This document shows positions 52,501 to 64,000 of a stretch of 64,000 nucleotides of DNA, one piece after another. The notes beneath the pieces were generated by a model. The model worked only from the letters and a program-made list of their open reading frames with translations. It did no database searches and was not told the origin of the DNA. Made by a program: the position numbers and the translations under genes. Origin of the DNA: Antedon mediterranea (lineage: Eukaryota; Animalia; Echinodermata); contig NC_092672.1 of assembly GCF_964355755.1 (NCBI RefSeq), forward strand, positions 25,302,437 through 25,366,436, written 5' to 3'. The stretch's first letter is position 1, and each line of letters opens with the position of its first letter.

Positions 52501-52559
52501 CTAACACTAGAAATCATCTGGCCATGAGTTGGGCCGAAATGAAAATGAAGCGTGACTAG
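45329..52559 (+). CDS. Secreted PAN/apple + fibrinogen-related domain (FReD) protein, 5 exons, ~309 aa
   Basis: Exons 45329-45404 (signal peptide MVYGFTRIIAIFVMQSIIIIPITTS), 48262-48503 (PAN: CSVLC..CQSFLYNVTSKSCEL), 49067-49189 (KDCQDI..VYCDMDTDGGGWT), 49532-49796 (VFQRREDNSIDFYRYWEEYKHGFG..EFWLGND), 52336-52559 (FSTRDRDND..CA..GAWWFQSC..LNG). GT-AG, open frame. Exon 1 is the least certain. Confidence 0.9.
46521..46575. repeat. (AT)n microsatellite
   Basis: Perfect AT run. Confidence 0.98.
47248..47385 (+). mobile_element. SINE 3' part, same family as 28322
   Basis: Shared ~100-bp body and (TAAAA)n tail. Confidence 0.65.
47821..48030. mobile_element. MITE with ~40-bp TIRs (Harbinger- or TA-target type)
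   Basis: TAAAGCCTGTTTTCCTGTCGACGTTATTCGACGCTATCGT and ACGATAGCGTCGAATAACGTCGACAGGAAAACAGGCTTTA form a perfect inverted repeat. Confidence 0.85.
48640..48764 (-). mobile_element. HINE/DINE-1-like element
   Basis: AACAAGGCC..AGTCGCGTG..(GACA)n(GACC)n..AGAGTCGCGTCCACGCGACTAAAAA. Confidence 0.75.
50349..50926. mobile_element. MITE (probably Harbinger-like)
   Basis: Inverted ends GGACTTTTAGAT..CACGTCCACAT and AGTGGACGTGAAAATCTAAAAGTCC. Confidence 0.55.
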
Positions 52560-52738
52560 TACTCATATGGTGCTCATATCATGTTTAAAGATGTTTTGAC
52601 TCACAAAAACACAAACAAATTAAGATGATTAAAATCTGGGCCTGAGTTGGGCCGAAATGAAAATGAATCGTGACTATTACTCATGTTTAAAGATGTTTCG
52701 ACTCACAAAAACACAAACAAGTTAAGGTGAATAAAATC
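52516..52738. repeat. ~110-bp tandem duplication spanning the FReD stop codon and proximal 3' UTR
   Basis: TGAGTTGGGCCGAAATGAAAATGAAKCGTGACTA...CATGTTTAAAGATGTTTYGACTCACAAAAACACAAACAA occurs at 52525 and 52643. Confidence 0.9.
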
Positions 52739-53012
52739 AGACTTTGAATATGCCAGTTTGGAGTTTTAATGAAGTTATTCACTTCCATAGAAGAAGGAAC
52801 GAACAAAATAATGATTTACAAAAAAAGGCTGTACTTTATATATTTCAAGTCTATTCAAATAATTCTACAAAAAGACCTTTTGATGGGATTTGAAAGAAAG
52901 ATCTGCACAAACGCAATGCCCAATATGATTCAAATTTGTTAATTTTTAGGTTATATGCATTATCATGCATATAACCTCTTGATTCTGTCAAAATCTTTAT
53001 TTATTTATTTAT

Positions 53013-54590
53013 TAGTTATCCGCTTAGTAGCGGATAACTCCTTGTAATCGTCCTGTTCCATCGTATTTTTTTTTCTTTTCTGTATTATGCTTCTTTCCTT
53101 CTGTCATTTTTGTGCGTCGCGTTTCTCTAAAACGTGTAAACAGAACATATCGTAACTTTGTCAACATATCGACATTTACGTGAACTTGTGCACCTCCTAT
53201 TTTTGAATGACGTCAGAGTTGCGCAACGTGACTTACACGCGATTTTATGAATTTCAATGATTGATCATAGACTAAAAACCAAACATAATTTTGTTTTGAC
53301 ACTTTGTGAAAATTTAAGTCATATCAAGCGCAAACTTTCTATGGATTAAAAATAGCATGTTCCACAAAAAGTTACGCGCGCACGCGCGTTTAAAATTTCA
53401 GAAAGCGAAAAATTAACTTCTAATCAACTTTCTATGCGTTTCATGTCATTTTGAGCATGTCAAAAATTCCCACGCGCGCGAAATTTTTACGCATGCGGTG
53501 CATGCAAAAAACATATTTTTTTCGCGTGATTTATGTTTTTTCAGCCTTTTCTAGTAATGTTACCAAATTTTAAACAATTTCGACTTAAAATTACGTCATA
53601 CGAGCACGTCGAATTAGATAATTTGCACGCGTTTTTGGTGAAAAAGTTCAAAAAATCGTCAAAATTATGCCTATTTTTAAACATTCATAGATTCTAAACT
53701 ACATGGACAACTTTTTTTTAATTACATATTCTGGAAGTTGATGAGTTGTAGATATCGGATCATACATTAATATGGCTAACCGGACATTGTGACATCATCG
53801 TATGGCCACGCGAATATAAAATATAGGATTTTTGTCTCTTTCGTCATAGCTCATCACATTTATTAGAGCGCATCTCCACTTATTCGTTGTCCATTTTCAC
53901 CCCGATTTTAATATATTCTAGGTCAATCAACTATCTTTTGCATGAATTAAAAATTGTTTAATTTTTTTAACGTCATCATGCCTAAAAATTTAAATTACGT
54001 TGGTCATTAATTTCATCTTTACAGTAAATTTTAATCTGTTATACCTCGTAAGAATAAAATGTTATAATCACGATTAAAACGTTTTCAGGAAGCTATTGTA
54101 TATTGTAGATACAAAGTCACGTGTAAATTGTGCCAATCGAATGTGGTGACGACATCATATGGCCAGTTAAATAAAAATCGTATTTTCATCTCTTGCATTA
54201 TATTTCATTACATTTAAAAGAGCGGGCATCAATATTTCACGTATTCAAATTTCTTCTACACGTTAATATGTTGTTGCTGAGATAATTTCCTTCCAAAATT
54301 ACTACCTTCGCGTTTCATTTTGAAACCGTCAACATGTTAAAAATTGGAATAAAATACGGGTCCTGTAATTTCACCTATTTTACACTGTCGGTGATATGTA
54401 TACAGATTATACTGTGTATACTATATGACACAAAATATACAGCATTCAGCACTAACAACACATTATATTCTTCTGTTCAAGTAATAATGCCATAATATTT
54501 TTCTGTGTGCAAAATTCCAACGTATGACGTGCGCGTGGCGTTTGTCGAGCGGATAACTAACTCGTCAAAGTGACGAGTTTCATGTCTAGT
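53013..54590 (+). mobile_element. Helentron-type non-autonomous element (family B), complete copy 1
   Basis: 5' TAGTTATCCGC..GCGGATAACT hairpin; 3' GCGGATAACTA, AACTCGTCAAAGTGACGAGTT hairpin and CTAGT. Confidence 0.8.
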
Positions 54591-57532
54591 TAGTTATCCG
54601 CTCATGGCGGATAACTCCTTGTAACTGTCCTGTTTCATCATCTTTTTTTTTCTGTATTCTTCTTTCTTTCTGTCATTTTTGTGCAGAGCGTATCTCTAAA
54701 ACCTGTAAAGTTAACATTTCATAACTTTGTCAACATATGGGCATTCACGTGAAGTTGTGCTTTCCTATTTTTGAATGATGTCTGAGTTGCGCAACATGAC
54801 TTATGCGCGTTTTTATGAATTTCGCGTATTTAACATAGATCGAAAACCATAAAACAATTTAAATTGAAACTTAGCAAAAGTATAATTTTTATCTTGCGCT
54901 AACTGTCTGTGGAAAAAAAATGGCATGTTTCACAGAAAGTTACGCGCGCACGCACGTTTAAAATTTGAAAATGCGAAAATTCAATTTCTAATCAACTTTC
55001 TACGCGTTTCATGTCATTTTAAGCATGTCAAAAATTCCCATGCGCGCGCAATTTTTTTACGTACGCGTGCGCACGTAGCGCAAAAACACTTTTTTTTCGC
55101 GTGATTTATGTTTTTCCAGCCTTTTCTAGTAATTTTACAAACTTTTAAACAATTTCGACTTAAAATCACGTCATACGGGCACGTAGAATAGGATAATTTT
55201 CGCGAGTTTTTGATGAAAAAGTAAAAAAATTCGTCAAAATTTGTCAAAATTATGCCTTTTTTTAAACAGTCGTAATTTCTAAACTGGACAGTCAATTTTT
55301 TGTGGATGACATATTCTTGAAGTTGATGAGGTATAGATATCGGATCATGTATTAATATGGCTAACCGGACATTGTGACGTCATCGTATGGCCACGCGAAT
55401 ATAAAATTTAGGATTTTTGTATCTTTTGTCATAGCTCATCACATTGAATAGAGCGCATCTCCACTTATCCGTTTTCCATTTTCACCCCGATTTTGATATT
55501 GTCTAGGTCAATCAACTATCTTTCGCATGAGTTAAAAATATTTTAATTTTTTTGACGTCATCATCTATATATAAATTTACGTAAGGGCAAAATTCGGTGA
55601 ATCGCGCCTTACTTTTAGAATTTTTACTCGATGGTATATAAAGTTGGTTCGTACTTTCGGTACTGATTTTAACCACCTGATGTAACCCTGTTTACTAATC
55701 AAATTAAGTTAGATAATTAGTTATTGACGATTAAAACGAATTTAGGTTCAACGATTTGCCCCAAATAGGGGTGTTTTCCGATCGTGGTATACACTGTCTA
55801 ATGGATGTCCGTCTTGAAAAATACCCGCCACAAAAATGCGAAGAGGCTTCGCATTTTCCTATCTCCTCCTACGATAATTGTTTTTAATAGCTGAAAACCG
55901 GTTGAACAGCTCGAGTACAGTATCATAATGTTGAAGACAGGCCGATTTTCTTAAAAAAATACTATTTTGATAGATTTAATATACGTTTATGCAAATGTAT
56001 TGATTTGAAATGAATGGAACATTCCAATCTCTGTTCCACAAGTGTCTACTCCCTCAGGCGTCGTAAAGGCAAGTACTGTATACTCATAACAGAAATTCGA
56101 TCCATTTTTGTTTTAATCTGTGCTGCAGAGGTTGGATATAGATTTTTTCTAACGGATAATGAGCTAGCGTTTTCAGTCGCCGTATATTATGTACAAATCT
56201 TTATTATTGCAGTTAAACCACCCACGTGACATCATCACCCTTCCCTCACTGGCATGAGTAGCGTTGTAAAGCCAGTAGAGGATAGGCCTACGGTGCATCA
56301 CATGCCCTAAACGCAGAACAACTTTGGTGGGTAGGGTTAGGAACCAACTTAAGTATGAATTGGCTCTAAGAAACAATTGAAAACCATTAGGCCAACTAAT
56401 TAAGTTGAGTTAGATGATTTAATATTTATTGACGATTAAATCGAATTTATGATTTGCCACGAATAGGGGTGGTTTTCACAAATTGTTTTACATTATTATT
56501 ACATATTATACACGTCGTAGTGATGTATCGTTACATGTACTATACTATTTCAATCGACTAGGACGGTGATAGTTTCAACAAAGTATTACATCGCAATGTT
56601 TTACTGTGTTTAGTGGTATATTATTTGTAAAACATGAAAACAATTAATATTTCGTTACTACATGGATAAAGAATATATTTAAAAATTGTTCATCTTTGCA
56701 CCCATCCTCTTTCCCATCCCTCAACCCTAATGTTACATAAAAAACACAAATTAAGTTTGTTTAAATTTGACTTAAACAATTGGTCTCATTTTGTGACAAG
56801 TTTCTCTTTCGGAAGTAATTCCCAGGGTGCTAATTTTAGTTCAGTACATAAATCACAGTGTCTATTTATTCGTTCCTGTAAACGACATGTATTACTGTCC
56901 TGCGGTACGTACATTTGAAATCGCCAGTTTTTTAACCCTGAAATTATTATGTATTCGAGAACCATCTGTGGGCACGACCTAGATGGTACGCGAGCGAAGC
57001 GAGCGTACCATCTAGTGCCTAAAAATTTTAATCACGTGTGGCATTAATTTCATCTTTACAGTAAATTTTAATCTGTTATAGCTCGTAAGAATAAAATGTG
57101 ATAATCACGATTAAAACTTGTTCTGGAAGCTATTGGATTGTAGATACGAAATTATGTAAAAATGTTGCCAATCGGATGTTGTGACGTCATCATATGGCCA
57201 GTTAAATGAAAAAGATCGTATTTTCATCTTTTGCGTCATAATTCATTACATTTAAAAGAGCGCGCATCAATATTTCACGTATACAAATTTCTTCTACACG
57301 TTAATACGTTGTTGCTGAGATAATTTCCTTTCGGAATTGCTACCTTTGCGTTTCATTTTAAAACCGTCAACATGTTAAAAATTGCAATAAATAGCGGGTC
57401 CCGTAATTTCACCTATTCTACACTGTATGTGATATGGATACAGATTATACTGTGTATACTATGTATGAATTTAAATAATAAAATTCAGCAATAACAACAT
57501 ATCATATTCTTCAGTTCAGGTCATAATGCCAA
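54591..57532 (+). mobile_element. Family B copy 2 (head-to-tail tandem), 3'-truncated and interrupted by a Helitron
   Basis: Collinear and highly similar to 53013-54490 on both sides of the 55564-57015 insert. Confidence 0.8.
55564..57015 (+). mobile_element. Non-autonomous Helitron
   Basis: A|TC...CTAG|T with no TSD and a 3' hairpin. The empty site CGTCATCA^TGCCTAAAAATT is seen in copy B1 at 53978/53979. Confidence 0.9.
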
Positions 57533-60500
57533 CGTGAACACTTCCTTTTGTCCTCAACCTATCCCCTTAATGTTAATGTTGCACCACTTGCGCGGCAAAA
57601 TTGTCAGAATTTATTTTCGATGAAATTAGAGTACGTTTCAGGCAATTTTAAGCGTTTAAAAAATTGCCATGAGTGCGCAGATTTTTGCACGTGCACTGCG
57701 CGTCAAACGTTAATACGCCCTGTTTTTGTCCGATTACTGTTGTATAACCTTTCTTTTATAATATCATCATATTTTATTCACTTTTCAACGCGAAACAGCG
57801 TTATACGAGCACGTCAAAAATGACAGGCTACGCACGTGTAAGTTAACAAAATGGTGAAAATATGCTAAATTTTAAAATTAATATATATCGTTAGAATGCT
57901 CGGGAACACCTATTTTTTATTTAATTTTCTTGAAGTGTATGTATCATATGTATGATTTATTATGAAATTAGAAGAACAAAAGTTGATTAAGTCATCATTA
58001 ATGGCATATTAAATTTAACAAAATTAATTTCGACAATCAAACAAATTATAACATTTTCTTAGGCCAAAATAACAAACTTAACATTAACTTTCTTCCTTAA
58101 GAAGTTCATATATTAAAGTTAAAAGTATATAGTTTGACAGTCCATCATTTTTTTCAATTTTTAAAGATGTCATCATAGTAAAACATTATAATCCATTGCG
58201 GTATGTAATAATCTATCTGCACCAAAGTGGTTACTGCATAGTAAATACACGGAGGAATTTTTCTCCAACTTTTAGTCAGTTGTGTATGGCTCGATGGTCT
58301 GTGCTCGTGTCTATGCCATTCAAGGTACCGAGTTCGAGTTTCACCTTGGGAAACGAAATAAGATTTTTTTTTTATTATCCGTATTGTTTGTTCAAATTTA
58401 TTTCTTAGTGTATAGATTATACACATGATTTATAATGAAATCTGGATAAAAAGTTACTTTATGTCTTTATTATTATGTAACAACAAATGCGGTTTATGAC
58501 ATTATACGCAGAGGGATCTTTGATCGGATTGTGTCCTATCATATATTATAAATAATTAAAGATTCTGAGAAAATCAATCAATCAATATATCTTTTAAAAA
58601 TCAATTATCTTTATTTAAATCAATGCATATAACCTATAATTCGTCATAGTGACGAATTAAATCTAGTTTTATATTATTTCATTTCTAAAAACACAACAAG
58701 ACAAAAATATGGTTATCAACAAAAATGTGTTAATACTGACAGTCAATGCAATATTATTCTTCTTCATTATAATATCATCTTAATATATAATTGTCTACAT
58801 TATAATTTTCCATATAATATTCCATTATAACATATTTCACATCTGACTCAGCTTCATGTTAATTAATTTTGTTTACAGTTTATGCAACACTCTAAAGTTG
58901 AACACGTCTTTATTTGTTTAGCGTATTGTAAGGATCGACGTGAACCACCAAAAAACTGCAGTTAGGCCAATAAATCGTAATACCGTAGTTCATAATGCTA
59001 AGTTGTATTTCCTCATGTATATTCACATACATAATGAATTAATATGAGTTATTAAGGATGTTAATCATACTCCGCTACTTAGTTGATAATCTAAATGATT
59101 AGTGTAAGGTTTGTGGGTCAGGTGAAGAAGATAAAAAACAATTCCTGTTTATTAGTTGTATTAAGTTACATTGTATTAGAATTGAAGAATTGCAAACACT
59201 TACGTAATCTTATTGCAATGAATACTTTTGTAGATACTTGGGTTAATTTATTTCTGGTGACCTATCTATTAAGGTTCAATATGTTCTAGGAAGCACGTTA
59301 TTTCATAAAAATAATTCTCACGATATTTATGCTGTGTTTGACAGTTAGTGTAAAATGTATACAAGCCGTGCTTGGAAACTAAGAAATGCAATTGTATTAC
59401 AATTACTTTTACTGTTTTATTTTTAAAAAGTGTTTTCTTTTCCATTGATGTTGCAAAATTAGTAGTTTTATAGTGTGTAGTGTAGTTTTAGTTTGAAAAT
59501 AAGTTTTGGAATAGCGTCGATTCAAATTTTATGTCGTTATCTCAAATATGTTTTATTTAGTTTCAGTTTTTATTTTTCATTGTTTTTGTATTAAATTTTG
59601 TAATTGGTATGGACGCATCATCTACGCATGTGTGCCACTGTTCAAAAAGTGTTGTTCCAAATAAATATTATTATCATTATTATTAAATACGGTACACACT
59701 CGCAGAGCTCCTCACCAAAGATCTTATATAAGATCTTTGCTCCTCACTGATTAAAAAGGGAATTTTCCTTTCTCATCTAGCAAGTCTAAAAAGTCTCCAA
59801 AGATATTTTTCTGTAGTTTGTAAATGGACAATGTCCATTTTCTGTCATATGCCCCGGCCTTACGACCTCTCCATGGAAACTTTATTTTAATCGAATGTTT
59901 CTTTCACCGATGTCTTATATTAGGCATAAGCTAGTAAACAAAATGATCAAGGTTATTGCTTAAAATCTCGGTTATGCAAGGCAGTAAGTTCATTCTTGTC
60001 TTTTTGAAGGAATCGTGTAGCACTCGAATTACATCAATTGGTCTATCTGAAAACCATTAAAAGAAGGCGCATAACATATAAAGTGATTGTATTGGAGATG
60101 TGATAGGCTTATCACATGTTTTAAACATAAAACATGAAGAATGAAAAAAAAAATGTTCCATCTCTATAAACTTAAGGACAAGAAAATAAAATCGTTTGAT
60201 TTACAATCGATAGTATATTGAAACACACTGTAATGTCCTACCTTGTTTTTCTTTTTCAATTAGTCTATTAAAATTATAAGCTATAAAAATGTTACTGTTT
60301 TGTTATGACCTTTTATTATCAATGAAAACATAGAAAGGTTTCAATCTATTATAGTTACCATGAAATCATTAAAAGTATTAAATATCTAGGCCTAAATCTA
60401 ACATCGAAATAAACTTGTTGATTTCTTAATATTGCAATTTATTTTATTTCATCAAATCACAATATCGTGGTCTATATTGAATTTTATAAATATTTCTATT

Positions 60501-60929
60501 TTGACTTTGCACATTTTATATGTCTGTATATATATTAACGATAATTTAATTATCATCTTCTATTCATATTAGTAAATTTTCATGTTGGTATTTTCAATTT
60601 TTAATTTTTTCAATTATATAATGAATACATATTATGTTATGCTTATTTTATATAGCTTAATATTGTGCAATATTGAATTCTATTTTGAGCTTATTAAACT
60701 CCACATAAGTTTGGCTCTGATGTGTTTGTTTTTATAAACCGTACAGTAGGTTTCCTGAAAACACGTTAGAACAAAAAATTCTACCTTGGTACATGGAACA
60801 ATACTTTACTTTTAGTGTCTAATCGAGAAAAAATAATTATCTAATTTCATTTAAAGGAATGTGAATAATAAAAATGTGTTTTATAACTAGAATTAAAATA
60901 TTTCTTAAACTGTTACTCTAATATTTTAT

Positions 60930-63078
60930 TAGAAGGCCTAGGCCTATGCGATCTATAATTTGTGAGTTAAATCGGAATTTTCTAAATAGAAATCAAAAGA
61001 AACTGACTTGGTGCTTTCTTCTAAAACAAGAAGTGTAACTCGGTGTTCTGTGATGTATTTGAGACTTACCCCTGACTGTCAACCATTTTTCTATTACATC
61101 ACATCAAACTCATGTGAATTATATCTGGGAGATTGGATTGGATGAAAATGCTAATAATACCAATAGATGTATGCGTAGTGTACAACAAATATATATATCT
61201 ATATATAAATTTACGTAAGGGCAAAATTCGGTAAATCGCGCGTTATTTCTAGAATGTGTACTCGATGGTATATAAAGTTGGTTATAATCTCGGTACTGAT
61301 TTTAACCACCTGATGTAACCCTGTTTACTAATTAAATTTAGTTAGATAATTAGTTATTGACAATTAAAACGAATTTAGGTTCAACCATTTTCCCCAAATA
61401 GGGGTGTTTTCCGATCGTGGTATACACTGTCTAATGGATGTCCTCATGAAAAATACCTGTACACAATAATACGAGGATATCTTCGCATTTTCCTATCTCC
61501 TCCTACGATAATTGTTTTTAATAGCTGAAAACCGGTTGAACAGCTCGAGTAGAGTATCATAATGTTGAAGACAGGCCGATTTTCTTTAAAAAATACTATT
61601 TTGATAGATTTAATATACGTTTATACAAATGTATTGATTTGCGATGAATGGAACATTCCAAATTATTTGGTTTAACCATGCTTGCATACCTCCATGATTT
61701 AACACAAGTAGGTCAATTTATGGGCCCTTTGAGAATAAACATAAATAGTATTGTAAAGCTATACAATACTGTAAATAGGTATTAACCACTTTTGATAGCC
61801 ATTTGAATCGCAAATTTCTTATTGTGTGCGTTGGTAGGCCTACTGTTTATTATAATATAAACAAATATACTAATAAACTTTATTACTCTGAGTGTGGGTA
61901 GCCCCTACTTTTAGATTATAAACACATAATAATATAATACTTTATTACTGACAGTTGCTTCACAACGTTTGTATTAATTAATAATTACAAAAAAATATAA
62001 ACGTCGTGGTGGTGTATCGTTACATGTACTTTACTATTTCAATCGACTATGACAGTGACAATTTTAACAGTTATTAAATCGGAAATGTTTTACTCTATTT
62101 TTAGTGTTATGTTATTTATAGGCCTATTAAAAAAAAACCCCAACCCTCAATAATGTTAGATACAAAATACAAATTGGGTTTGTTTAAATGAGTCCAAATG
62201 AAACATTTGGACTCATTTTGTGAGAAGTTTCTGTTTTGGAAGTAATTAGCAGGGTGCTAATTTTGGTTGACTACATAAATACATAAATAAATGTTTTATA
62301 GTCATGCGGTACGTAGGCCTACATTTTGAAATCGCCAGTTTTTTTACGCTGAAATTACTCGGTATTCGTTTCAGTAAATCGCGCGTAACCTTTTTTTCTC
62401 AATGCTTTAGAAAGTGAGTTCATACTTTCCGTAATAAGTTGCAACAGCAATTGAAAACTATTAGGCCTACTAATTAAGTTGAGTTAGATAATTATTCATT
62501 GATGATTAAAGTGAATAGAAGTGCTTTATATGTAATTGTGCTTCGATGGTTCAAATACATACGTCCTTTATGTTATATTTACACATCGTTTGTTTTCTTC
62601 TTCCGACTGTGTAGACAATAAAGAACAACATAAAATTGACAGGATACGATACATTCATAGGTAATAATAGACAACAATTGAAAAGTAAATTACGGCTATA
62701 CAAATGACATGCTGCTTGTTTGCCGGTCTGTGGATGAGAGAGAGAGAAACATCTTTTGTTCTTACATAGTCTTTCAATGGAGAAAGGGCTAATGTATAAT
62801 TATTTTAGGTTTTTCAACGGCGTGTGGGGGCAATTCAATATATTATTTTTATCGGTATTGAAAGGAGTATAAATATGGATTTGGAAATGTGGGCGGTGAG
62901 TTCTGGGTGGGAAATGACGATATAAATGAGATGACGTCATTTAGAAAGTACAACCTTCGAATTGATATGAAAACGGTTTCTGGTGAAGCATACTATACAG
63001 TATACGAATCCTTCAGAATCAGGAATGAAAGTGAATGCTACACTTTGGAACTTGGAAATCTAATAAACGGCAACACTG
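60930..63078 (+). pseudogene. Decayed tandem paralog of the PAN-FReD gene
   Basis: PAN exon remnant at ~60930-61170 with lost Cys and frameshifts. Exon-4 paralog at 62809-63078 with a frameshift and TGG>TGA. Upstream 60175-60330 resembles 44630-44780. The exon-3 equivalent was not found. Confidence 0.85.
61198..62370 (+). mobile_element. Helitron copy (same family as 55564), 3' terminus lost
   Basis: The first ~460 bp are nearly identical to 55564-56027 and the 3' region matches 56510-56960; the middle differs. Confidence 0.8.
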
Positions 63079-64000
63079 GTATAATAATGCAGAGATTGTT
63101 ATTAATGTTAAACCTGCATTATTAACTAATTTTTATACAAACCAAAATCAGACCAAATTTGTTGAAGATAAGAGCAATTTTCAAATTGTATGTTTTAATT
63201 TGATTCCAATGTTTAAACTCGCGCGGGAAATGCTATGGGCATACATTTATTTAATTTTGGGTTTTCCACTTCTTGCTTTCATCACATGAAAGTGCCTGGG
63301 CGTTATACTAGTTCACATCCGTACCGACCGTATCATGACTAGAATTCTAGTGATAATATTTATAAACTGAATTTAGCTTGAGCGGCTATTACAGTAAATA
63401 AATAAGAGGCTTATATAAGATATACTATTTAGTAAAATATCACTGATTAAAAATCTAAAGAAGCTTGGTTCCACAGGACGTGTTTCATATGGAGAGTTTG
63501 AAATAAAGTTGAATTGAATTGTAATGCAGCACGTGGTGACCTATTACAAGCAATATTACGATCTGTCTACACTATCAAACTGGTTGTCAGAGTTTGGTAG
63601 TGTAGACAGAGATTTATTTGAATTATTGCTTATGTTTCGTCCTCCCATCAGAGACACAAAGTAAGGACGTAGACTCATACTTTTAAACAAACTTGTCGTA
63701 TTTTGTAATAACCTGTCGTGTATTATAAAACAAACTTGTATCAATTGAGATGTGGTTTTTTATAATATATAATAATTTCATTCTTTTTAATCCAATCAAA
63801 TATGATCAATAACAACAATGATTTGTTTTATTCTCAATTTATAATTTCTCTTACTAATCATAATGTCATTTGATTGAACTTATTATACTATTTTTATTTT
63901 CATCAAAAGCAATATAATGGTTATTATCCTATAATGAATATAGGATGAAAACTGTTTCGATTTTGTTTCTTTTATGCGGTGAGAAATGCATTATTTGTTT

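Larger units (their letters stand above)
52947..58668 (+). mobile_element. Outer Helentron-type non-autonomous element (family A) hosting nested elements
   Basis: 5' hairpin AGGTTATATGCAT-TATC-ATGCATATAACCT (52948-52977). 3' subTIR ATGCATATAACCTA, hairpin AATTCGTCA-TAG-TGACGAATT and CTAGTT (58623-58668). Confidence 0.75.

Noticed and set aside
58285-58355. tRNA-like A/B boxes (GGCTCGATGG...GAGTTCGAGT)
   Set aside because: Stems do not pair and it lies inside a Helentron-type repeat; at most a tRNA-derived fragment.

Overview
AT-rich, intron-containing animal genomic DNA; repeat content and gene style suggest a marine invertebrate deuterostome, probably an echinoderm (inference). I reconstructed five spliced genes by hand from GT-AG sites: the 3' part of OGFOD2 (+), a theta-class glutathione S-transferase (-), a class I cytokine receptor (-; Ig + CHR with FSDWS + one FNIII + TM + Box1), DENR (-) and a secreted PAN/apple + fibrinogen-domain protein (+). 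A decayed tandem paralog of the last gene follows it. Introns and intergenic DNA are dense with mobile elements: an AcademX deletion derivative, a MULE-like foldback, Sola2-like, Kolobok-like and piggyBac MITEs, nested Helentron/Helitron non-autonomous elements, RTE, Rex/Babar and L2 LINE fragments, SINEs and a Penelope-type hammerhead-like insert. The most unusual parts are (i) the first ~1.3 kb, a compact, intronless, GC-richer, virus-like gene pair (4-TM protein and a truncated PD-(D/E)XK-like nuclease) ending just upstream of an internal OGFOD2 exon, (ii) the short invertebrate cytokine receptor that follows the vertebrate 1-2-1-0-1 intron-phase rule, and (iii) several 20-37 bp TIR-only palindromes with 7-8 bp target duplications that resemble P-family excision scars. 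All coordinates were read by eye and no database searches were run.
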